Origin: Haliotis rufescens
Taxonomy: Eukaryota
DNA length: 64,000 nt
Direction: 5' to 3'
Assembly (NCBI RefSeq): GCF_023055435.1
Contig: NW_025964024.1
Location: 1,984,001-2,048,000, forward strand
This document shows positions 39,101 through 48,290 of this stretch, one piece after another. The notes under the pieces were generated by a model. It saw nothing but the letters and a program-made list of their open reading frames with translations. It had not been told where the DNA came from and searched no databases. Position numbers and translations under genes: made by a program. How positions within the stretch are numbered: the stretch's first letter is position 1; the number at the start of each line of letters is the position of its first letter.

Positions 39101-39613
39101 AGGCGACATTTTACACATCTTGCGAAAAGTATGAATTAAAGCACTAAACTGACTTAACGACAATCAGTGAGAGGATAGTCCCTGACATCTTAACCATATT
39201 TAATAGTGATTTAGGCGACATTTTACACTATCTTGCGAAAAGTATTAATTAAAGCACTAAACTGACTTAACGACAATCAGTGAAAGGATAGTCCCTGACA
39301 TCTTAACCATATTTAATAGTGATTTAGGCGACATTTTACACTATCTTGCGAAAAGTATTAATTAAAGCACTAAACTGACTTAACGACAATCAGTGATAGG
39401 ATAGTCCCTGACATCTTAACCATATTTAATAGTGATTTAGGCGACATTTTACACTATCTTGCGAAAAGTATTAATTAAAGCACTAAACTGACTTAACGAC
39501 AATCAGTGAAAGGATAGTCCCTGACATCTTAACCATATTTAATAGTGATTTAGGCGACATTTTACACCATCTTGCGATAAGTATTTATTAAAGCACTAAA
39601 CTGACTTAAGACA
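36118..39613. repeat. 113-bp satellite, ~31 monomers
   Basis: The monomer CAGTGAAAGGATAGTCCC...GACTTAACGACAAT starts at 36118, 36231, 36344 ... 39504. Confidence 0.98.
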
Positions 39614-40398
39614 AAAGTTCTCGCCCTGTTGGTATGCTTCGTACATTCCTTCTCTATGCAGGGGCGTCCCCGTTAAACTCAGAGAGTGAGCATGCGCAGT
39701 CTTTGCGGTGGCACCGGAGACAGCAAGAATATGAAGGTTTCAGTTTCTTGAACTTACAGTTCAAACGTCTGTACATTCTGCACCATCTTCGTGTTGGTAT
39801 GCCAAGTACGCTCGTTATATGCAGACTAAATACCCAACTCCTCTTGTAACGAAGTCGACATACGGAGCTGTAAATCCCAGAAGTTCTGTTTCGAATTTCG
39901 AATTCTGGAATTAAAACGGAATATATAGATCTTAGAATTTTGCTTTATCCCGAATTGACTGATCTACATTTGTCCTATTACAGAGCAACACAAATCTTTT
40001 GTTTATGTTAATTTGGGGGATGAAATAAACGCTGAAATAACTGTTCACTGAATATCCGGACAGAATTGTGTTTAGGGCCAAAATATATTGTTTTAACAAT
40101 TATTTTCTGATATCAGAAATATACAGTTTGACGTTGACACGTTTTCTGGAGATTCTATTCTTGAAATGACGTAAACAACGACGGACTACTTACACATTCC
40201 CGAGGAAAGCCCTTGGAATTCCCTATTACGAATAAATATTACGTTGTTCCTGATCATTTAGACTCTTTAAACTTGAATTTGACGTTTTAGCATACATTGT
40301 GATACGTCAGAGAGTTTGACTGAATGCCCTTTCACGAATATCCTCGTTTCGGCCCACTTTGTGAAAAGAATTAAGAAATGCACATTCAAACTATCGGC

Positions 40399-40562
40399 GG
40401 GCGGTCGGGTAGCCCAGTGGTTAAAGCGTTCGCTCGTCACGCCGAAGACCGGTTTCGATTCCTGACATGGGTACAATGTGTGAAGCCCATTCCTGGTGTC
40501 CCCCGCCGTGATATTGCTGGAACATTGCTAAAAGCGGCGTATAACCATACTCACTCACTCGC
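40399..40562 (+). mobile_element. SINE family A
   Basis: 13-bp TSD TCAAACTATCGGC at 40386-40398 and 40563-40575. Confidence 0.92.
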
Positions 40563-41022
40563 TCAAACTATCGGCTCTATCAGTGTCTAGACTGACAAGT
40601 GACAGTCTACAGAAATTAAATTTTTTTTTACCTCAGTATCCCTTTAACACATCTTTATAATCATTTTTCAATGATGACTATCACTTGCAATCGCCCACAT
40701 TTATGACCAACTTCGAAAAATCTCTCCCGTCACGTTTATCGTGTCGGCCATTTTGACTTCCTGTATTTGACATAACTGTATTACGACCTGCTGATTTGTT
40801 ATTACACTTGTACATACAACAAAATAAACTGTGCATTGAATCTTTTATTAACGTTTAATGTATATATACACATGAAATAAATTACACGTCCAACATTGGC
40901 TATGTACAATATAGTCACTGATGAAATAAATAATAACAATTCGTCCAAAATATACAAATTATCCATTCAGATTCCCTCCTTGAGACGAAGCACTTCAGGC
41001 TGCACCGGTTGTCTTCAAGAAG

Positions 41023-41184
41023 GAGTGAGTGAGTATGGTTTTACGCCGCTTTTAACAATCTTCCAGTAATATCACGGCGGGGGACACCAGAAATGGGCCT
41101 CACACATTGTGCCCATGTGGGAATCGAACCCGGGTCTTCAGCGTGACGAGCGAATGCTTTAACCGCTGGCTACCACACTGGCCC
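41023..41184 (-). mobile_element. SINE family A in the predicted 3' UTR of copy 7
   Basis: Family A sequence between the stop codon (41275) and AATAAA (40844-40849, minus). Confidence 0.88.
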
Positions 41185-41274
41185 TCAACAACAAGGACAA
41201 TTTATACAAATAGTATTATCTGCAATATCATAACTTATACACACGTATCAATACAAAGCACTGTAGAGTCAAGA

Positions 41275-41937
41275 TCACTGCATGGCTCGCTTGAGTTTAG
41301 CACGTGCATTCTGGAACCACACTTGGGCCACTCTTCTGGGAAGACCCGCCTCTTCTGCGATCATCCCGAGGTCATTTCCGGTGGGGTTGGTGTCAAAGTC
41401 GAAGTACTTCTGTAAAACAGCTACCTGGTCTTCGTTGAAGGCTGTTCGGAATCTCTTGGATTTGGGTCGGCAGGTGACATTCTCGTCGTCGGGGTTGAGG
41501 ACGTGGACTCGGCAAAGTACGCGGCCGTCGTGGATGGCGAAGTCTTCTCCTGTGGAAAGCTGTCTTTGACACATGCTGCACGAGAAACATGCCAGGTGGT
41601 ACATGTTCTCTCCGGCCGATCTGACCCAATCTCCGGACTCGATGTTACGTAGACAGGAACTACACTTGGTCTCTTGAACGCGGGCGAAGTCTCTCTGGCA
41701 GAATATGTTTCCGCCCCTAACGAAGCAAGAAGAATGTCCACCAAGCGTCACCTGACACACACAGCAACGCAGACAGTGCTCGTGCCACACGTGATCCCCA
41801 GCACGTAGATAGAACTGGTCAGTGATGACCTCACAACACGCGAAACACAAGGGGTCAGCTATGTTGAAACTGAGAGCGATGAAGTCCCCAGACTCTTCCA
41901 ACTCCGAGGAGAGGAGGTCATATGACATGTCCGACAT
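41275..41937 (-). CDS. LIM-homeobox protein, Lhx6/8-like, intronless, copy 7
   Basis: Intact 220-aa ORF; TATAAATA on minus at 42022-42029. Confidence 0.93.
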   Translation of the reverse strand: MSDMSYDLLSSELEESGDFIALSFNIADPLCFACCEVITDQFYLRAGDHVWHEHCLRCCVCQVTLGGHSSCFVRGGNIFCQRDFARVQETKCSSCLRNIESGDWVRSAGENMYHLACFSCSMCQRQLSTGEDFAIHDGRVLCRVHVLNPDDENVTCRPKSKRFRTAFNEDQVAVLQKYFDFDTNPTGNDLGMIAEEAGLPRRVAQVWFQNARAKLKRAMQ

Positions 41938-43270
41938 TGTGAAGGTGGACAGGAGAAGCTAGAGGAATTTTTTGTGGAGATCTGATTAAGGAAAGAATGA
42001 TGATTTCAGCAGACAACGGTCTATTTATACGCTAGGCCTGGCATCTTAGAGTGAACAAGAGTGTCATGATGACGCGAGATCAGTGTTTATACACGCTATG
42101 ACGTCAGGGTGATCCTCCGGGCCTTCATCACTTAATAATCATTTAATCATTGATACTTAGCGTTGCATTGTTTCCATGTCCTTGATGAGCTCGCTCACCA
42201 TGGTAGTTAACGATGCTTGAAGTATCACACAGACAACAAATATATGATTTCATCAAAATAATTCTCAAAATACACACTGACAGCGGCCATATTACATACA
42301 ATAGATAACATGTATTTGCCAGATGTAAACTAAAATATTACTCTGACAAGGTATTATGATGAACATATTTCAAGAGAACTTGTTTCAAATTAATTGACAC
42401 TGTTCCAAATATGTTTATTAGACAGTCATTGTATTACTGTACATACTGCACGCTACACATTTACGTCATACACCTCTGCCAAACAGTCAAACAAATCAAG
42501 TTGTTTGATGAAGGGATAAACCGATATAAACTAACGTGTTGCGTTTATTCCCTACATTATTCGCTACATTAAATGATTGGGCTCAGTTTGGCTCGGTCCA
42601 TGGTGAATTTTCAGTTCAGTTTTCAGAGTATCTCATATAAATTTTCATTATTTTAGACTCCTTCTATTATCATATTTGAAAAGCCATGTGGTGCTTTGAG
42701 GTCAAACAACTTATGAATCGCTCCCAAATCTATTAATAAAATATAAAAGTATTCGGTTCGAAGCAGATTGGCATATTTAACGCTCATTTAATCACGTGCA
42801 TTTTCAGTGTAAGCTGTTTTGTCTTTTTAAAACAATAACATCATCTCAGATACAGTCTGAATTGAACACGAGTTTTGTTTATTTTCCCACTTTTTTTCCT
42901 GAGATAGAACATAGAGAAACAACTAAAAAAATGCACTCAGTTGTCCTTCAGGTGAGATAGTTCAACAGTTATACCTTCCTCATTGGTTCATAAGGGGCCG
43001 GTCGTTTGATATTCTGTAGGGGCATGTGTTTGAAAAAGAAAAACAATAGCCTTATGTTTTCCACACATATAAACCATGCTGGATGTCCTTACAAGTGTTT
43101 GGCTCCTTGTGTCAGAGATATGTCTTGTATGGCCTGAAGTGCGGATTAATAAATATTCTGTCTCAAACAAGTACACGAAGCCACCTGGACTACTTAAGGT
43201 CGGACCGTTAGGCACATATGAGAATGTATTTGCTCATCTCATGTTGTGTTTTAATTGTAAACATGTAAAA

Positions 43271-43436
43271 GGGGCGGTCGGGGAGCCCAGTGGTTAAAGC
43301 GTTCGCTCGTCACGCCGAAGACCGGTTTCGATTCCCGACATGGGTACAATGTGTGAAGCCCATTCCTGGTGTCCCCCGACGTGATATTACTGGAAACTTG
43401 CTAAAAGCGGCATAAAATCAAACTCAATCACTCACT
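43271..43436 (+). mobile_element. SINE family A
   Basis: Family A sequence with an imperfect TSD, AAA(C/G)ATGTAAAA. Confidence 0.88.
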
Positions 43437-43959
43437 AAAGATGTAAAAGATGAAGCACATGCTTTGCTGCCATGCCCATTATATAGATGAATTATGGCCA
43501 CCCATGTAAATGTATGCTTTAAAGCATGAGCAAGTTTTTATTCGTTAACTGATAGTTAAATGTGTCCTTGATATTATTACCCTGGCTTGACCTCTTATGG
43601 TCCCAGAATCTTCTTAAGTATTTTAGAACACGGGCGCGATGTGTCATTTAAATAGACATGTATCATATTGTATCATATATAGTCTTGCATACACCGCCAA
43701 GTGACTGGTCTTAAATGTATGTATACTTTTAGTATGTACACTCTAAAAAAACAAATTTGATTTTTTTTTTGGTAACATTTGACACAAGAGCCATCAAATT
43801 ATGTTGTTCCGTGTATTTATGCATGATATAAACAAACACAGTAATGTCATTTTGTTACACAGTCATCATTCGTTGTCATGGGAGTAAATATTTTTTGTAA
43901 CAATCGTTTTCTGGCCCTTCACGTTAATGTTGAGTGTGAGTTACATTGTGTGTTAGAAT

Positions 43960-44470
43960 ACATGTTTTAAACATATTCATTTTCACAAAAATGTGAACAT
44001 GGATTGGTAAACAAGCGTAACGCTTATGTTAATACCGCTCCATTACACAGAAGGTTAGATGTAACAAATCAATTGTACATGCCAAGCTAGATGTGTGTAT
44101 ATATAATAAATATATTTGCAGTTTATATTAAACAATTCATTTAATTGAAAATCTGCCAGTTTTTAATATGAAGTTTTGAATAGAATCTAATGTTTGGATT
44201 TGCTCTTCCTTAATCAAATGCGAATTTCCGCACAGCACTGTTTGTAAAGAATAACCATGTTGGTAAAAATACATTTCGAGGAACATAGTAATTTGTACGC
44301 ACAAAAAAGAAGTGTAAAGCATCTTCGGTATGATATCCACAGGAACAAGTTTTTTTTGTATCAAAAATATATCTATCATACTGATCTGTGTTAAGATCGC
44401 TGCAGCCAAGCCTGAGGCGACTGTGAATAATTTGACATAATCTTTTTCCATAATTTAAATCCAAGTGTAT
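43960..44470 (-). mobile_element. CR1/L2-like LINE 3' fragment
   Basis: RLCQIIHSRLRLGCSDLN...CSCGYHTEDALHFFF is typical of the ORF2 C-terminus of invertebrate CR1-group LINEs; frameshifted. Confidence 0.7.
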
Positions 44471-44621
44471 AGCACTGAATACATGATAAAGTTTTTATTT
44501 ATTTGTATGTAATATTTAAGAGTGCGGCTATAATAAACCCTTCTGTTTGTCTAAGTGAATGAATAGTAGGCATTAAGAAACAATTGACTCGGAGTACTGC
44601 ACTAATTGATCAATCTGTTGG

Positions 44622-44946
44622 ACCGTAACTGTAGATATGACTCGTAAATACATCTCAAGCCTTAATCAGTCAATGATTGAACTACTGATAGAGTCAATCA
44701 AACCGCCGCGATGTGGTTCGTGACGGCGCGTGTCAACATGGCTGACACTGCCGTCACGCCCGAAGTCGTTCACTCAGTATGATGCACCGTAACTGGGAAT
44801 ATGACGCGTAAATACATCTCAAGCCTCAATCAGTCAGTGATTGAATATTGATGGAATCAGTCAATCCGCGGCGAGATTGTACGTGACGGCGCGTGTCACC
44901 ATGGCTGACAGTGCCGTCACTCCCGAAGTCATTCACTCAGTCTGAT
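44622..44946 (+). promoter_or_regulatory. Tandemly duplicated ~164-bp proximal promoter of copy 8
   Basis: Units start at 44622 and 44786 (ACCGTAACTG...TAAATACATCTCAAGC) and each ends in RTTCACTCAGT; TATATAA at 44958. Confidence 0.7.
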
Positions 44947-45045
44947 ATGCGTAGAAGTATATAACGTCATGGACGCACCGTCAGTCATCCTCATCCTCTC
45001 TCGTCACCTGAACAGCATCTACATCTGTAACGTCGTTCGTCCGCC

Positions 45046-45717
45046 ATGTCCCACTCGTCGTATATGTCCTCTTCAGCGTCGGATCTCGAGGATGAGATAC
45101 ATTCCTATCTCACCAGTCTCAGCCCGGACCCTCATATGCCCATCTGTTTCACGTGCTGTGACGTCATCACTGATCAGTACTATCTACGCGCTGGGGAACA
45201 TGTGTGGCACGAGCACTGTCTGCGTTGCTGTATGTGTCAGGTGACGCTTGGCGGACATTATTCTTGCTTCGTTAGGGACGGTAACATATTCTGCCAGAGA
45301 GACTTCGCCCACGTTCACGAGATCAAGTGTAGCTCCTGTCTACGTCCCATCGAGTCCGGAGATTGGGTCAGATCGGCCGGAGAGAACATGTACCACCTTG
45401 CATGTTTCTCATGCAGCGCGTGCCAAAGACAACTGTCCACAGGAGAGGACTTCGCCATCCACGACGACCGCATACTATGCCGAGTCCACGTCCTCAACCC
45501 CCACGACGACAACGTCACCTGTCAACCAAAGTCTAAGAGATTCCGAACAGCCTTCAACGAGGACCAGCTCGCCACTCTTCAGCGCCACTTCGAGATGGAC
45601 CCCAACCCAAATAGCCTTCACCTTGACCAGGTCGCCATGGACGCAGGTCTGACGAAGAAGGTGACAAAAGTCTGGTTCCAAAATGCACGTGCAAAACTGA
45701 GGAAGTTAAAGCACTAA
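45046..45717 (+). CDS. LIM-homeobox protein, Lhx6/8-like, intronless, divergent copy 8
   Basis: 223-aa ORF. LIM domains almost identical to copies 1-7; N-terminus and homeodomain helices 1-2 differ. AATAAA at 46085. Confidence 0.93.
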   Translation: MSHSSYMSSSASDLEDEIHSYLTSLSPDPHMPICFTCCDVITDQYYLRAGEHVWHEHCLRCCMCQVTLGGHYSCFVRDGNIFCQRDFAHVHEIKCSSCLRPIESGDWVRSAGENMYHLACFSCSACQRQLSTGEDFAIHDDRILCRVHVLNPHDDNVTCQPKSKRFRTAFNEDQLATLQRHFEMDPNPNSLHLDQVAMDAGLTKKVTKVWFQNARAKLRKLKH

Positions 45718-45781
45718 TTTCTGTTGCTCAAGATGTACTTACAACATGACAAAAAATCGGTTATGTTTAACATGCAATGTA

Positions 45782-45957
45782 CAGTAAAGTACGGTTATAA
45801 CGAACCCAAAGGGACTACTTATTTTAGTTCGTTATAACCGTAGTTCGTTATAAGCCTATATACAGCATAACTACAGCAAATAGTCGGGACCAAAAAAGTA
45901 AGTTCGTTATATCCGTCAGTTCGTTATAAGCGTGTTCGTTATAACCGTACTTTACTG
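45782..45957. mobile_element. MITE (Tc1/mariner-pogo type, TA target duplication)
   Basis: TIR CAGTAAAGTACGGTTATAACGAAC at both ends, flanked by TA; internal GTTCGTTATA repeats. Confidence 0.9.
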
Positions 45958-46179
45958 TACATACATCTTACAAAGCAGCGGTTCTGCTAGAATCGCTTGT
46001 TCATGGTGCTACCTGTGTACATATCTTCCCAGGCTTTGTGTTACATATTGTACTTTGTGTCCGTCTTCTATGTAGATGTATATAAATAAACAGTGAAATG
46101 AACTTCATGTCAGTCATATTTTTCCAGTAATTAGCATGTACCCACTTCGATAAATATACCCACTTGTTACCTTTCTAGA

Positions 46180-46344
46180 GGGGCGGTCGGGTAGTCCAGT
46201 GGTTAAAGCGCTCGCTCGTCACGCTTAAGACCCGGGTTCGATTCCCAGCATGGGTACAATGTGTGAAGCCCATTTCTGGGCCACCCGCCGTGATATTGCT
46301 GGAATATTGCTAAAAGCGGCGTAAAACCATACTAACTCACTCAC
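46180..46344 (+). mobile_element. SINE family A
   Basis: Family A sequence with a CCTTTCT repeat at both ends. Confidence 0.88.
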
Positions 46345-46684
46345 CTTTCTTGAGCCCACGTCTGGAAGGCAAGTGTTTCCTGACTGCATGTGTTCGGACT
46401 AACGTAATTTCAAAATATAGATTAAGTGAAGTCTTTCACGAATGTATACGTAAGAGGCGACTAATGGGACTTGGTTAATGTATGTCATTGTATCATTGGT
46501 AATGATGTCAATCACTAGATTATCCGACCCAGACTCGATTATTTACAGATAACGGTCTTATAGTTGGAATATTGGCGACAAACAAACGAATTTATACACC
46601 TTATTATGAGTACTGGTGTGTTTGGTGTAAAACGTTGGCTTCTACTTCAGAGGTTCCCGAATCTTTGACATTCCACAATATACT

Positions 46685-46870
46685 GGCGCGGGCTTGGATT
46701 GCACTGTGATCTTAGGCGCCGCAATTCGCTGTGCAGAGTTGTGTCTCTTGGGCACCCCAGAAACCTATGATCGTGGGTTCGAATTCCGGTTCGCCTGATG
46801 TTTCTAGGTTTGTTAGAATCGTGCTTGTGGGTTTCACCAAAGTAAACGTCTGAGACCTGCATCGTCTCAG
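46685..46870 (+). mobile_element. Degenerate tRNA-like SINE (family D)
   Basis: CCTATGATCGTGGGTTCGAATTCCGGTTCGCCTGAT matches 11585-11630 reversed. Confidence 0.5.
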
Positions 46871-47183
46871 GCTATCCATCCACATTATTTTTACACGCAG
46901 TGAAACAAATGGAACACTGTTAAAGCGGACTTAAACCCAACTCACTCACTCTGCATATGACAATAACAGTTAATTGTCGTCATCTTGAATGATACCGTCC
47001 TTCAGAAGCACCACACGCCATTTAACAGTTAAAATGATTGATGTAGAGACCAACTCCCACATACAAAAAACAGCAGGTTTCATACCAGTGTTCATACCAG
47101 AGTGCATACCACCGACAGACGACAAACATACACAGATATTCATTTGAACCAGCGACAATTCTTAAATAGTCTTAACTGTATCA

Positions 47184-47509
47184 AGCTCCTCCGTTTTGAT
47201 GAAATATCTAACGAGCAACAAAAGAATACTATCCTATACATTAATTATGGTTTACGACTTCGCAACCGTCTTTGTACAAATGATGTTTAATTATTCTTTA
47301 GGTTATTTGCCTTCATTAATCAAATGCTTTTATCTCTTCTTGTTGTGTTGTGTTGCGACTTATTTTTCACAAAATTGAACACGTGCACATCTCTGTGCAT
47401 ATAAGTCTGCATGTTTATACTTCTACATGTACAAAATTGTATATATATAATGTTACTGTATGTATATGGGCCTATGGCCAGAATACAATAAATGATGATG
47501 ATGATGATG
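47184..47509 (+). mobile_element. Short 5'-truncated LINE 3' end with a perfect 20-bp TSD
   Basis: AAATAGTCTTAACTGTATCA at 47164-47183 and 47510-47529; the insert ends in AATAAA(TGA)n. Confidence 0.85.
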
Positions 47510-47869
47510 AAATAGTCTTAACTGTATCACTGTAACACCGCTGTCAATATACCTGCTTTTTATATATCAATACGTGTGATCCATTTTACAAAACAGAAAT
47601 TTAACTTCTTTGAAGTTCTAAAATAAACTTTTAAGCCGCATATTGCATAGTTTACATATCCATGATCGGCAAATCCTGGCATCACAACAACAAAACAACA
47701 AAATAAAAATTAAAAAATCCTGGCATCACATGTACAGCCGATCACCGGATGATGATGTTTGATATTGTACGTGCGCTTCACGTGGAGCCAATTCCGCTCT
47801 CGCTGCATTACCTGTGTTGTTCTTAAATAAACTATTCTTATGTTTCGCAATCTGATGGATAGAGTCTGG

Positions 47870-48290
47870 CAGGAGGACGGAAGGTCGGTAGTTCGATCCC
47901 TGTACGCGTCATACCAAAATTCGTTAAAAGATGGTACTTGTTACCCCGCCTTGCGCTCAGCATAAGTGGATAAAACAAGGACTGGTAGGCTCGGAGTCGG
48001 TATAGTGAGTGAGGATGGTTTTAGCAATATCCCAGCAATATCACGGCGGGGGACACCAGAAATGGGCTTCACACATTGTACTCATGTCGGGAATCGAACC
48101 CGGGTAGTCGGTGTGACGAGCGAGCGCTTTAACCACTAGGCTACCCCACCGCCCCAACTGTGTTTGAGTGGAGTATTCATGTTAAAACGTACGGTAAGGT
48201 ATCGTAGGGGGCTAGCACAAGGAAACCGACAACAGTCTGGAATAGTGCAAGCAGTCACACACACATACATACACGTCATTATTTTAAAGA
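47870..48290 (+). mobile_element. SINE family B with a family A SINE (48004-48155, minus) inserted
   Basis: GTTCGATCCC...GATGGTACTTG...GGACTGGTAGGCTCGGAGTC matches the copies at 55400 and 60829 and resumes after 48155. Confidence 0.8.

Noticed and set aside
36118-39613. CRISPR-like array
   Set aside because: Monomers are contiguous with no unique spacers, there are no cas genes and the context is eukaryotic; it is a satellite.
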